From: Ignavibacteriota bacterium
GTDB taxonomy: Bacteria; Bacteroidota; Ignavibacteria; UBA10030
DNA length: 64,000 bases
Direction of reading: 5' to 3'
NCBI GenBank assembly: GCA_963727825.1
Contig: CAVSHO010000009.1
Location: 896,001 to 960,000, forward strand
Shown: piece by piece, positions 20,180 to 30,879 of the stretch
Position numbering within the stretch: the stretch's first letter is position 1
Layout: each line of letters starts with the position of its first letter
Notes under the pieces: generated by a model
Seen by the model: the letters and a program-made list of their open reading frames with translations, nothing else
The model's database searches: none
What the model was told of the DNA's origin: nothing
Made by a program: the position numbers and the translations under genes

Positions 20180-21835
20180 TTATTTAATTGAGAAATATTC
20201 TAGAAATGTATCCTCTGGTGATTTCCTTCCTGTTAATGTAGTGCGAGGAGTGGTGTGCCTCAAATAATGAACCTGTTGACCACCATAATTATCAGTATGT
20301 AGAATATCGAAAACAACTTCTTTATTTTTCTTTGAAACAAGATGTGCATTTGAAATAACTTGTAAACTCAAAATATCTTTGTAGAAATCAACGAAATAAC
20401 CTCCTTGTATTGCATCTTTAATCATATCTTTTGTTAGCTCGACTTTATCATGAATTAAGTATTTAAGAGCATTGAATTCAACAGTCATTTCCGAGGAAGG
20501 TTTTCCAACAATAACAGTATAAAGATTTAGGTAGTTATCAAAATCTAAATCTTTTATATAGCCAAACGCTTGCTCAGTTAATATGAATCGATTCCGGAAA
20601 ATCTCATTATCTTCTGGGGTGTTATATTGGTTACTCACACGGCGCGATTCAACATCTTCTTTAAGTTTGTTTTTATCAAACGAACCAATAAGACTAATTT
20701 GAACGATATTGGAATTAATTTCATTTACTTCGAGAGAAATAGGAGTAAATATGACTACATTACCTCGAGCAATTCTTCTTTTAATTTCATAATTCAAGGA
20801 TTTTAGAAATTTCTCCACCTTATCTCTTGCAGAACCTACAAGATTTGTTGTTAGACGTACATCCTTATATCCAGCAGATAAAAGCCGCTCCTGTTCAATG
20901 GAAGACAATTGACTTACTCTCAAATCAATTTGGCTAGAAAGATTTTTCATGAGATCACTATTTGGATATTTCTTAGATAAATAATTCTGAAAAGCTACGA
21001 TGTCATCGGGTTCCCTTAACTTATTACAATCTTGACTAATACTTCCAAACAACCAAATAAAACTACTGTCATGACCAAGATCAGCGTATCTTTTCGCTGC
21101 ACTTATTGCTCTCTTTAGTTCTCCAAGATATTCAATATTATTAAAATGACTTTTTGTAAGATAATCTCTGATTTCTTCGTTCGCATAACCCAATGTTCGC
21201 TCGAAATTATATTTTCCCGCTGCAACATCAGATAGTATTATTGAAAGCAGGGCAACCTCCGAGTAACTCTTAATTACTGGTATTTTGTAAGATTCAAAAT
21301 GCATTGGAGAACCACCAGGATAATAAGTTCCTGATTGATATTCTAACAATTCTTTACATTTATTGTCAGAACAAGGAAATATTGGTTTAGCACCAAGGAT
21401 AAATGTTGGTGGAGATGCAGAAGACCTGTCAAAACAAATTCCATCGGTAAGCCAGTCATTATTCCCGTCACAAATATAGTAGATGGCTCGGTACTTTGGA
21501 CGTAAAGTTGTGAAATATAGGAAAAGATCTGAAATGGAATCAGCTTGCAAATCTTCAACAAAAGTCTTTACTGTTGATACTTCTTTCAACTCAATTAAAG
21601 GATGCAGTGTAGGATGAGAATTGTAATACTCTATAACATTCCAAATTGGACTTTTAGGACTTTGAACATATATATTACCAGTGAATATCTCATGTACTTC
21701 TTCTGGCTTTTTATAGATTAAAAGGATCTTTTTTGAATCAAAGGAAAGTTTTTGAATAAGTTGTGTGTCAATCGATGGTGCACATCCCATTAAGAAGACT
21801 ATTGACAAAGGCAAAAATATTTTTGATCGTCGCAT
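20180..21835 (-). CDS. Hypothetical lipoprotein (AT-rich islet cargo)
   Basis: 551-aa ORF; MRRSK followed by a hydrophobic stretch and lipobox LMG-C; visibly AT-richer than flanking genes. Confidence 0.8.
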   Translation of the reverse strand: MRRSKIFLPLSIVFLMGCAPSIDTQLIQKLSFDSKKILLIYKKPEEVHEIFTGNIYVQSPKSPIWNVIEYYNSHPTLHPLIELKEVSTVKTFVEDLQADSISDLFLYFTTLRPKYRAIYYICDGNNDWLTDGICFDRSSASPPTFILGAKPIFPCSDNKCKELLEYQSGTYYPGGSPMHFESYKIPVIKSYSEVALLSIILSDVAAGKYNFERTLGYANEEIRDYLTKSHFNNIEYLGELKRAISAAKRYADLGHDSSFIWLFGSISQDCNKLREPDDIVAFQNYLSKKYPNSDLMKNLSSQIDLRVSQLSSIEQERLLSAGYKDVRLTTNLVGSARDKVEKFLKSLNYEIKRRIARGNVVIFTPISLEVNEINSNIVQISLIGSFDKNKLKEDVESRRVSNQYNTPEDNEIFRNRFILTEQAFGYIKDLDFDNYLNLYTVIVGKPSSEMTVEFNALKYLIHDKVELTKDMIKDAIQGGYFVDFYKDILSLQVISNAHLVSKKNKEVVFDILHTDNYGGQQVHYLRHTTPRTTLTGRKSPEDTFLEYFSIK

Positions 21836-21899
21836 ATATCATGTTCCTTTCATATGAACAAATATTTTTGCAATGAATTAATTTTCATATTTGTAACAT

Positions 21900-22232
21900 T
21901 TATTTTTTACTTTCTTGATAATCACCAATAAGAGTATTGTCACATAGCATTCCTTCACCTTTAAAAACAGAAATACCTTTACTATTCCTCCAAGTCAAAG
22001 AGAAAATCTTGTTTTCAGTGTTAAGCTTTTGCGATATTTCTAAAACAGCATTTTTGGGCTTCCCATTTTCCTGCCAAGTTGAATAATATTTACCAAGATA
22101 ATTGCCAGTATTCTCAAGCGAATCAGAACTTTCAGTATAAATACCAGGACTCTTATTATTTGAAAATTCACCAATAAGATTCCCGTTGATTGTTTGTTTA
22201 AAGTAGAAACATCCAATTAAATTGTTTGCCAT
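21900..22232 (-). CDS. Hypothetical small beta-rich protein (AT-rich islet cargo)
   Basis: ORF 21900-22295; likely start MANNLIG at 22232 after an AAAGG RBS; alternating beta-strand pattern (GNLIGEFSN, YYSTWQE, FSLTW, FKGEGML). Confidence 0.7.
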   Translation of the reverse strand: MANNLIGCFYFKQTINGNLIGEFSNNKSPGIYTESSDSLENTGNYLGKYYSTWQENGKPKNAVLEISQKLNTENKIFSLTWRNSKGISVFKGEGMLCDNTLIGDYQESKK

Positions 22233-22389
22233 AATGGAACCTTTCATTATTATTTTTGTCAAATTGCCGTTGTATTTCAAAAAGGCAACATGCAAAATTT
22301 TCTCATCAAATCCAGAAAATTTCTTAAATATTGTTTTATTCCAATCGTCGCAACATGGCTATTGTCAAACCGCAAATAATCATTACGGA

Positions 22390-22467
22390 CTAAAAATAAT
22401 CCCCAAAGATATTGCGCTGATAAATCGTAACAATAATTATGTTTACTGGAAAGAAGAAATAGAGTAA
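22390..22467 (+). repeat. Direct repeat copy 2: displaced gene 3' end with its stop codon
   Basis: Encodes LKIIPKDIALINRNNNYVYWKEEIE*; differences from copy 1 are mostly synonymous. Confidence 0.9.
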
Positions 22468-22495
22468 ACAAGAAGACAACAATTGAATATTACCA

Positions 22496-22520
22496 AACGG
22501 GCGGCTTAAAGCCGCCCGTT
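22496..22520. terminator. Hairpin, probable bidirectional terminator
   Basis: AACGGGCGGCT-TAA-AGCCGCCCGTT, a perfect 11-bp stem between the displaced 3' end and the convergent ccmF. Confidence 0.75.
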
Positions 22521-22571
22521 GTGTTTCAAAAAGATAGTCTTCGAAGTTCTTTAATCAAAATTGAAAAATCT

Positions 22572-24816
22572 TTACGTATTGTTTTGCTTCAATCGTCGCA
22601 ACATAGCTATTGTCAAACCACAAATAATCATCGCGGAAGCAATCCATACTAAATTCATAAACGGCTTCACACTGATCTCAGCTATAAGAGTTTCAGGTTT
22701 CTGCATTCCCGCATGCATCATCTTTTCAACGCCGATAACATTGATTTGTACTTGTGATTTTTTTGTGCCAGAACCTACATTTATTACTACTAGTTGAAAT
22801 CCAAGATGTCCATTCTTGAGATATGCTGTTTTCATCTCGGGATTTCTCTGCAAATTATATGTTGTTGTCGGTACAATTTCTTGGACATCCTTTTTGGTTT
22901 TGATTTGAAGCACTGCACCAATGGTAACGGAATTCTCTCCACCCATCATACCGTTCTTACCATGCGTTCCCATCTCAAATCTTTGGAAGGTGATGGTGAT
23001 AGGACCGTAAATTTGTGGTTCACCTTTAACAAGAACAATTAGGTTCTCTTGATTTGTGTCTCCCTGCTCAATGGAAGCCGGCTCAAAGTAGAAGTCGCCA
23101 GACCAGGAACTTAAGTAATCCGGAATTCGCATAAGCCCGTTATTATAATTGCTTTCGAACATTATTGGTTCGAGAAGTGCGAACTTGCCATCTCGCTCAA
23201 GGTTGACGGTAAACTTTGTCTTTCCATCTTGTGTAGTAGACATTCCTATGTACGTCAGTTCGTAACCGAAAATCGACTTTGGCTGATTCAGTGGAAGTGA
23301 GATAGCTTGCTTCTCTCCATGCCTGCCGGATGCGATGATGCCAAGAAAAAGAATCGTCAATCCGATATGTGATAACGCCCCGCCAATAAAGCGTGGCTGT
23401 TCTTTTGCAATTTGGTAACCTTGACGGATACTGACAAAGAATGCGAAGAGCGATGTTAGCACGAGTAATATATCAAGAATATCGTGCAAACCCATTATAA
23501 TGAAAATACCGAGAATGACAATGGACAAGATACCAGGAATAATAAGTTTCTTAATAAATAATGGCAGTTCTTCTTTATTCCATTGCGTACTTAAACTGAA
23601 TCCGAGCAGTAATGTCATTAACATGGCAAGCGGTAGGCCGGTACGATCGTAGAACGATGGCTCAACTGTAGAAGTAGAAAACAACGGCTTGCTAGTTCCA
23701 AAAAGAATAACTGCCGCGCAGACTCCTATCACAATTATGGCAAGAGTGAGCATAGATTCGCGGTTGAACCATGCACTGTGAGGAGTTGCGATGTTCAGTT
23801 CTTTCCACCGCAGAATAATTATTCCAAATCCGCAAAAGGCGATCGCTCCTAACCATGCGATAAGCAATGAATATGCAAATGTGCCGGGATTCACAAATGA
23901 GTGCACCGAAGCATTTGCAAGAATTCCACTGCGCGTTAAGAACGTACTATAAATAACCAGGAGATATGCGAGTACAGCAAGAATGAAATTTGTACGCACA
24001 AGTTTACCAGTTAACATCTGAATGAGCATTGTATGGATTAACATAACAGCAACCATCCAGGGAATGAGCGACGAATTTTCCACAGGATCCCAGCCCCACC
24101 AACCACCCCACCCGAGTACACCTGTACGCCCAATAACCGCCGAGTATTAGACCGGCACCAAGTGATACAGCACTGAAAAGTACCCAAGGCAAAGCATTAT
24201 GTATCCACTTTTCATATTTTTTCTGCCAGAGAGCGGCAATAGCAAGGACAAATGGAATTGCAAGTGAAGCAAATCCTATAAATAAAATTGGAGGATGAAT
24301 TATCATCCAAAAATTTTGAAGCAGAGGATTGAGACCCCTGCCGTCTTGAGGAATAAAACCCTTCGGGATGTTATTCGTTGTTATTTCCCAGACGTATTGA
24401 AACGGTGATTTAATTGCAATAAGCAAAAGAAGAAATGAAAGTACAAGAGAATAAGTTGCCATTGCTTCTCTTTCCATTTCTCTACGCCGTGTATAGCGTT
24501 GTAGGACAAATCCGATGATAGCGGTAAAGAGCGCCCAAAGTAAAAAGCTTCCTTCCTGGCCGGCCCAAAATGTTGTTATCAATAGCGCCGTCGGCAAATC
24601 GCGAGAACTATAGCTTGCAATGTAGTTGTACTCAAACCGATGCTGAAGAATATAAAATATTAACAACGCGGAAACTGCAACAACACTGAGAGATGAGATA
24701 TAGAAACAGGTGCGCGCTAAAAGCAGAACATTTTGTCTTTTTGCGGATACGAAGTACAAACTTGTTGATATAAAAGCTGCTGCGAAAGAAATCCAAATAG
24801 TAAAAGAGCCAATCAT
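22572..24816 (-). CDS. ccmF: Cytochrome c biogenesis heme lyase CcmF/CcsA family (one +1 frameshift at about 24124)
   Basis: WAGQEGSFLLW, GRGLNPLLQNFWMIIHPP, WAY-(+1)-GVLGWGGWWGWDPVENSSLIPW, FLTRSG..SVHSF and KPFMNLVW. Confidence 0.9.
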
Positions 24817-24964
24817 ATCTCTCCTTAACCTAATATATTTGTTGCATTGGAGGACGTCTTTTACCGTCTGCCATGCTGTGTCAAGTTTCGCATTGCACTC
24901 CGCTAGTACAGCGGAATCTAAATCGGTCTAAGTTAAAAGGTATAAAAAATGTTTGCAATAAGAT

Positions 24965-26257
24965 TCACAATTTTGGATTTCGTAAATACTCTTCAAGCTC
25001 TGAACGAAACGATGGATGGGCTATTGCAATGAGGGCTTCCGCTCGCTGGTGAAGATTCTTTCCATGTAGTGAAGCAACTCCGTATTCAGTTACGACATAA
25101 TGAACATCTGCTCGCGATGTAACTACACCAGCTCCTTGTTTGAGTTGAGGAACAATTCTGGAAACTGTTCCCTTCTTAGTTGTAGAAGGTAGCGCGATAA
25201 TCGGTTTGCCATCTTTGGAATGCGCCGCTCCACGGACGAAATCTACTTGACCGCCGAAACCACTATAAATTTTTGTACCAATAGAATCAGCACAGATTTG
25301 CCCGGTAATATCCACCTCGATACAGGAATTTATTGCAACCATTTTTTCGTTTTGCGAGATTATGAATGGATTGTTAGTATAGTCACAAGGGTGCAGTTCG
25401 AAGAGCGGATTATTGTGAACATAATCATATAACTTTTGAGTACCCATCACAAATGTTGCTACTACTTTGCCGGGATGAAGCGTTTTCTTCTGACTAGTGA
25501 TAATACCTTTTTCAATTGCTTCCACTACGCCGTCAGAAATCATTTCAGTGTGAATACCTAAATGTTGTTTACCTTCAATGCGTGCCAGCACTGCGTCTGG
25601 TATGCCGCCAATTCCTAATTGGAGCGTTGCACCATCTTCAATAATTGGAGTTATGAAGTCTGCAATCTTTGCTTCAATATCTGAAGCCGTTGTTGGCTGA
25701 AGTTCCAAAATCGGTATTGAACATTCTACAATTTTATGAACTCGAGACACGTGAATAAAAACATCACCTAACGTGCGCGGCATGCGTTCATTCACTTGTG
25801 CAACAACTATCTTTGCATTTTCAGCTGCCGCTTTCGATGCAGCGCACTCAACACCGAAACTCATAAAACCATGTGCATCTGGCGGTGAAACATGAATAAA
25901 AGCAACATCGAGAGGTATATATTTGTCACAAAATAATGACGGGATCTGAGAAAGATGAATCGGTACATAATCAGAAATTCCATCGGCAATGGATTGACGA
26001 TCACCGGGGCCGACAAACATCGAGTTGTGCCGGAAATGCTGGGACATGCCGGGCTTGGAAAGCGGGTCGCCTCCAAACAACAAAATGTGATTGACTTCTA
26101 CATCAGAAAGTTCCTGTGCACGATTTGCTAGAGCGTTCGTCAGCAGAAGCGGTGTTGCGGCGTTTCCGCTTAGAAAAATTCGGTCTTTTGATTTGACAAC
26201 TTTAACCGCCTCCTCAACCGTCGCGACTTTCGACTTGTATTGATCGAGCCAATTCAT
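24965..26257 (-). CDS. Acetyl-CoA hydrolase/transferase family (4-hydroxybutyrate CoA-transferase-like)
   Basis: LQLGIGGIPDAV, GIHTEM (catalytic Glu), SGFGGQVDFVRGA and VVTEYGVA. Confidence 0.93.
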   Translation of the reverse strand: MNWLDQYKSKVATVEEAVKVVKSKDRIFLSGNAATPLLLTNALANRAQELSDVEVNHILLFGGDPLSKPGMSQHFRHNSMFVGPGDRQSIADGISDYVPIHLSQIPSLFCDKYIPLDVAFIHVSPPDAHGFMSFGVECAASKAAAENAKIVVAQVNERMPRTLGDVFIHVSRVHKIVECSIPILELQPTTASDIEAKIADFITPIIEDGATLQLGIGGIPDAVLARIEGKQHLGIHTEMISDGVVEAIEKGIITSQKKTLHPGKVVATFVMGTQKLYDYVHNNPLFELHPCDYTNNPFIISQNEKMVAINSCIEVDITGQICADSIGTKIYSGFGGQVDFVRGAAHSKDGKPIIALPSTTKKGTVSRIVPQLKQGAGVVTSRADVHYVVTEYGVASLHGKNLHQRAEALIAIAHPSFRSELEEYLRNPKL

Positions 26258-26265
26258 AGTAATTC

Positions 26266-27405
26266 CTATTTTGTTTTGTTTGCCGGAGAATTGAGTAATA
26301 TTTGAATGTCGTTCATTTCCATATCGAAAGCTTTTGCCGCGGCTTTATTAGTACAGCATCCTCGAAATGTGCAGACCCCCTTGGAAAGTCCAATATCAGC
26401 ACGAAGCACTTGTTCCACGCCAAGTTCTGTTGCTTCCCGCAAGAATGGAAGAAGTACATTCGTCCATCCGACAGTTGCTGTGCGCGGCACCGAAGCCGGA
26501 GTATTTGGGACACAATAATGTACGATGCCATGAGTTATATACACCGGATCAGTCAATGTTGTTGGACGGCTCGTCTCCACACAACCGCCTTGGTCGATAG
26601 AAATATCAACAATGACAGAACCGGGTTTCATCTGTTTCACTAAGTCTTCAGATACTAAATGCGGGGTCTTTTCGCCTTTCAATAGAACAGCTCCAATGAG
26701 AGCATCTGCTTCACGAACCGCACACTCAATATTGTATTGATCAGAAACAGCAGTAGCTATTCTCCACTGAAACAGATTTTCCAATTCACGCAACCGGCTA
26801 ATGTTCTTGTCGATAATCATCACCTTCGCTCCGACTCCAACCGCTACACGCGCCGCAGTGCGTCCGACGGTTCCAGCGCCAAGAATAAGCACATCGGCGG
26901 CAGGTACACCCGGAATACTTCCCAATAATACGCCGCGACCGCCTTGGCGAGCTTGAAGATAGTGCGCTGCTACTTGAATTGAAATCTGTCCGGCAATTTC
27001 TGCCATCGTCTGAACAATCGGCAGATCACCATGTTCATTTTCAATCAATTCATATCCGATAGCCGTCACATGCTTTTCAAGAAGTGTCTCTATCGTTTTT
27101 CGTTTAGAGATGGCAAGATGCAACGCCGAAAAAAGTGTCTGTCCTTCATGTAAAATTTTGAGTTCCGAATCAGCAGGCGGTGCAACTTTCAAGACTATGC
27201 TAGAACGATTAATAACTTCTTCCGGACTGTATACAATAATGGCGCCAGCATTGATATACTCATCATCTGTAAAAAAGCTAAGTGCGCCAGAGTTTCGTTC
27301 TACATATACGACAGCACCTAATCCCACTAATGTTTGTACACCACCCGGTGTTAATGCTACGCGTCGTTCAGACGGAGCTATTTCCTTGAGTATACCGATG
27401 TTCAT
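26266..27405 (-). CDS. ald: Alanine dehydrogenase
   Basis: KEIAPSERRVALTP, LHLA, MAEIAG, GAGTVG, VDISIDQGGCVETSRPTT and HYCVPN. Confidence 0.92.
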   Translation of the reverse strand: MNIGILKEIAPSERRVALTPGGVQTLVGLGAVVYVERNSGALSFFTDDEYINAGAIIVYSPEEVINRSSIVLKVAPPADSELKILHEGQTLFSALHLAISKRKTIETLLEKHVTAIGYELIENEHGDLPIVQTMAEIAGQISIQVAAHYLQARQGGRGVLLGSIPGVPAADVLILGAGTVGRTAARVAVGVGAKVMIIDKNISRLRELENLFQWRIATAVSDQYNIECAVREADALIGAVLLKGEKTPHLVSEDLVKQMKPGSVIVDISIDQGGCVETSRPTTLTDPVYITHGIVHYCVPNTPASVPRTATVGWTNVLLPFLREATELGVEQVLRADIGLSKGVCTFRGCCTNKAAAKAFDMEMNDIQILLNSPANKTK

Positions 27406-27641
27406 GCCAACGATCCTTCCTATGTTTTGTTTTTTGTCTTACCTTAGAAAATGATTACGTGAAGTGCAAGACGCATTATCAGCTTGTTATTATGCTGTTT
27501 TATTATTGTAGAGTGAAAGGGTGAAAAAGTAACAATATTCGGATTTGATACGTTGATTCTTTGAATATTCATAACAGAACCTCCGTTCAACATCTAAGAA
27601 GTAATATTTCTAAGCGAAGATTTGTTATCCGTTTGGCAGTC

Positions 27642-27965
27642 TTACAAAAAATCTGGATTACATTCAGAGATAACGCTATTGCTCACCTGACCGCAGGCAC
27701 GGATTGCATTCAGTTTTTGATTAATGTGCAAAACAATTCGACTCTTTTCTTCTAAAAGTTCGCGCAAAAAAGAATTTACATCCGGGTAGTCACATTCTAT
27801 CATGATTGTTTCGTAGAATTGGATCATCTTAGCTTCTTTTCGCATTGCCTCAGTCAACATTTTACACGTGATACGACAGTCATGGCTACATTTTGTATAA
27901 CCGGGCTCTGTTGTATTTTCGCTCCAAGCTTGAATTGCAGATTGTGTTTTATCTATTTGCTTCAC
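27642..27965 (-). CDS. Small ferritin/rubrerythrin-like helical protein
   Basis: GTGA overlap with the oxidoreductase gamma stop; LTEAMRKEAKMIQFYE...CDYPDVNSFLRELLEE resembles half of a rubrerythrin bundle. Confidence 0.6.
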   Translation of the reverse strand: MKQIDKTQSAIQAWSENTTEPGYTKCSHDCRITCKMLTEAMRKEAKMIQFYETIMIECDYPDVNSFLRELLEEKSRIVLHINQKLNAIRACGQVSNSVISECNPDFL

Positions 27966-28603
27966 TGTGCCGCCATTTTAGTTGTTGCTTCTATCGCCAA
28001 ATCTCTCCCCCGCACTAACGCTTGCTCATTCAGAGGAATTAAATGTTGTCTATGCGGAGGCAGAACGCCGTGAAGGGCACTTATTACATGTTCTAACTTT
28101 ACGATCGGGCATAGTTCGATGTAAGCGCCGAGTAACACCATGTTTGCTACTTGCTTGCTTTTGAGTTTTTGAGCCTCTTCTAATCCTGGAATAGCAAGAA
28201 TCTCAATATCTTTTCTTGTAGGCGGACGGAGAATGGTGGATTTTTCATAGATCAAGATGCCGCCTGGTTTCACGGCATTTTCAAATTTTTCTACCGATGG
28301 CTGATTTAGTACAATAGCAGTGTCGAACTTTGTGACAATAGGAGAACTAATACGTGAATCAGAAACTATTACCGTGCAATTTGCGGTGCCGCCGCGCATT
28401 TCGGGGCCGTAGGAAGGCATCCAACTTACTTCTTTGTTTCCTTCCATTGCGGCGTAAGCAATGATTTGCCCCATTGAAAGAACACCTTGACCGCCAAAAC
28501 CGGCAATAATTATTTCTTGAGTTGTTCCCATATTCATAGTCGCTTTATTTTTCAAAGAGAATATTGCTTTACCATCTTTACAAATTTCTACAGGATTCAA
28601 CAT
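27962..28603 (-). CDS. 2-oxoacid:ferredoxin oxidoreductase gamma subunit
   Basis: IAGFGGQGVLSMG, PSYGPEMRGGTANC and NMVLLGA; true start may be 28537. Confidence 0.95.
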   Translation of the reverse strand: MLNPVEICKDGKAIFSLKNKATMNMGTTQEIIIAGFGGQGVLSMGQIIAYAAMEGNKEVSWMPSYGPEMRGGTANCTVIVSDSRISSPIVTKFDTAIVLNQPSVEKFENAVKPGGILIYEKSTILRPPTRKDIEILAIPGLEEAQKLKSKQVANMVLLGAYIELCPIVKLEHVISALHGVLPPHRQHLIPLNEQALVRGRDLAIEATTKMAAQ

Positions 28604-29379
28604 TAATTCTTTGGTACTTTAATATCTCCAAGTGGATAAATCGGAAACATGTTTTTCTCCAACCATTCATTGGATTCTACCGGTGTCATTTTCCACCCAG
28701 ACGGACAATTAGAAACTACTTCGATAAAGCAAGTACCTCTTTTTTCTTTTTGGTATTTGAAAGATGCAGAAATCGCTTTTTTTAACTTACGTACAGCTAA
28801 CGTATTATGTACCGAATGCCGCGAAACGTAATACGCGCCGGGAAGCTGTGCAAGCAATTCTGTAATTTTCAATGGATTGCCCATTGTCATCGCTTCACGT
28901 CCAAATGGCGATGTCGTTGTTTTCATGCCCAATATTGATGTCGGAGCCATTTGACCGCCTGTCATTCCGTATATACCATTGTTAATAAAAATCATAAGTA
29001 TATTCTCACCGCGATTGACGGTATGAATTGTTTCGCCGGTACCAATTGCCGCAAGATCACCATCGCCTTGATAAGAAAAAACATATTTATCGGGAAGAAC
29101 GCGCTTTACACCCGTCGCTACTGCGCTTGCGCGTCCATGCGCCGCTTCCTGCATATCGATGTTCATATAATCGTATGCAAACACAGCGCATCCGACCGGT
29201 GCCACGCCGATAGTCTCTTCCTGAATATTCATTTCTTCAATTACTTCCATTAGAATTTTATGCACTACACCATGTCCGCACCCCGGACAATAGTGTGTCG
29301 GCGTATCGGTAAGCGTTTTAGGCTTTGCATAAACAACTTCTAATCCATCTATTTTTGCGGCTGTTTCCATTTCTTCCAT
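28603..29379 (-). CDS. 2-oxoacid:ferredoxin oxidoreductase beta (TPP-binding) subunit, VOR-like
   Basis: HYCPGCGHG, PVGC, AHGRA, YQGDGDLAAIG, NNGIYGMTGGQMAPT and CPSGW. Confidence 0.95.
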   Translation of the reverse strand: MEEMETAAKIDGLEVVYAKPKTLTDTPTHYCPGCGHGVVHKILMEVIEEMNIQEETIGVAPVGCAVFAYDYMNIDMQEAAHGRASAVATGVKRVLPDKYVFSYQGDGDLAAIGTGETIHTVNRGENILMIFINNGIYGMTGGQMAPTSILGMKTTTSPFGREAMTMGNPLKITELLAQLPGAYYVSRHSVHNTLAVRKLKKAISASFKYQKEKRGTCFIEVVSNCPSGWKMTPVESNEWLEKNMFPIYPLGDIKVPKN

Positions 29380-29380
29380 C

Positions 29381-30484
29381 CTATACATGCATCGTTTGAA
29401 ATTCTTTTGCAATTGATTCCACCTTTACCAGTACTTCTTCTGGTGATGGAATCATTCCGCCCATCCGTCCGTAGAAATGCACCGGACATTTGCCGTTAAT
29501 TGCAAGCCGCACGTCTTCGACCATTTGTCCTGCATTCATTTCAACCGTCAGAAATACTTTTGCGTGCTTCGCTAATTTTGCAAGCGCATCTGTTGGAAAA
29601 GGATACAACGTGATGGGACGAAGCAATCCAACTTTTAACTCTTTTTCGCGTGCCAGATTCACAGTCTTGCCGCAAATACGGGATGTTAATCCGAACGCGA
29701 CAAGCACGATATCTGCATCTTCGGTCTGGAATTCTTCCCATCGAACTTCATTTTGTAGTTGTCGGTATTTTTCCTGCAAGACTAAATTTAACTTCTCCAT
29801 TCGCTCAGGTTGAATGAAAAGAGAAGTAATAATATTTCTCTCTCGTGAATTCGGCTTTCCGATCGTCGTCCAGGAGTAATTTGGTTTTGGCAAGGAACCT
29901 GCCGCAGGCAAGGTAACCTTCTCCATCATCTGACCGAGTGCACCGTCGGCAAGAATCATTGCCGGATTACGATATTTTTCTGTTAAACGAAATGCATCGA
30001 ACATAAAATCTACCATCTCTTGAACAGACGATGGTGCAAGGACGATGAGGTGATAATCGCCATGACCGCCGCCTTTTACTGCTTGAAAATAATCTGCCTG
30101 CGATGGCTGGATAGTACCAAGACCGGGGCCGCCTCGCTGAACATTTACAATAACTGCCGGCAGCTGTGCTGACGCCATATATGAAAGACATTCCTGCATC
30201 AAACTGATACCGGGGCTTGACGATGAAATCATTGTACGCGCACCAGCGCCAGAAGCGCCATGCACCATATTTATTGCTGCAAGTTCGCTCTCCGCTTGCA
30301 GCACCACAACGCCCGGATAGTTTGGCTGCTGAATTGCAAGATATTCCATAACTTCTGTTTGCGGTGTAATGGGATATCCAAAGTAAGCCTGCATACCTGC
30401 ACGCAAAGCGGCTTCAGCAAGCGCCTCATTGCCTTTCATCAATCGAGTATTAGATTTTTCGTTTCCACTTGCCATGCTATTCAC
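29381..30484 (-). CDS. vorB: 2-oxoacid:ferredoxin oxidoreductase alpha subunit (3-methyl-2-oxobutanoate dehydrogenase VorB-like)
   Basis: MKGNEALAEAA, YFGYPITPQTE, QAESELAA, RGGPGLGTIQPSQADY and VEMNAGQMVEDV. Confidence 0.92.
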   Translation of the reverse strand: MNSMASGNEKSNTRLMKGNEALAEAALRAGMQAYFGYPITPQTEVMEYLAIQQPNYPGVVVLQAESELAAINMVHGASGAGARTMISSSSPGISLMQECLSYMASAQLPAVIVNVQRGGPGLGTIQPSQADYFQAVKGGGHGDYHLIVLAPSSVQEMVDFMFDAFRLTEKYRNPAMILADGALGQMMEKVTLPAAGSLPKPNYSWTTIGKPNSRERNIITSLFIQPERMEKLNLVLQEKYRQLQNEVRWEEFQTEDADIVLVAFGLTSRICGKTVNLAREKELKVGLLRPITLYPFPTDALAKLAKHAKVFLTVEMNAGQMVEDVRLAINGKCPVHFYGRMGGMIPSPEEVLVKVESIAKEFQTMHV

Positions 30485-30565
30485 ATTGTTAAATTAGGAG
30501 TTTGTTCTAAATGATTGCCTTGTTGATTATGTTGCGCCGTTGTCTAATGGAGTTTTTGGTACAGC

Positions 30566-30790
30566 TTATTTCTTTTCTTTTATTTGGCGGTACACTGTTA
30601 TGGCGCTATCAGGACAAACAATGGCGCAATTGATACATCCGGTACAAGAATCATTCTTTAATTGTACATATCTGTATCCTATCGAATTCAAATAGGGCGA
30701 TAATTCTAAACAATCCTGTGGACATGCTGCAACGCACAACTCGCACGCTTTGCAAATTTCTGTTGCAACGATAATTGTTCCTCGAATCAT
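30566..30790 (-). CDS. 2x[4Fe-4S] ferredoxin (oxidoreductase delta subunit)
   Basis: CKACELCVAACP and CTGCINCAIVCPD; first gene of the operon. Confidence 0.95.
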   Translation of the reverse strand: MIRGTIIVATEICKACELCVAACPQDCLELSPYLNSIGYRYVQLKNDSCTGCINCAIVCPDSAITVYRQIKEKK

Positions 30791-30864
30791 TTAATACTCC
30801 GATGGATTTCTTTGCATTAACCGATTAATTAAATAAGAAATCGTATATTAGTTTTTATTGACGC

Positions 30865-30879
30865 TCAAGTAATGTGCCA
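30865..30879 (-). promoter_or_regulatory. Possible sigma54 (-24/-12) promoter of the oxidoreductase operon
   Basis: Minus strand reads TGGCAC-ATTAC-TTGA: perfect -24 box, -12 box GA instead of GC, about 75 bp upstream of the ferredoxin start. Confidence 0.4.

Noticed and set aside
20056-22461. 72-bp repeat pair as a diversity-generating retroelement VR/TR
   Set aside because: Differences are mostly synonymous third-position changes and are not confined to adenines of one copy; no reverse transcriptase in the window.
22222-22467. 81-aa + strand ORF as a real gene
   Set aside because: Only the last 25 codons are meaningful (displaced 3' end); the rest is AT-rich sequence antisense to or upstream of the islet gene.
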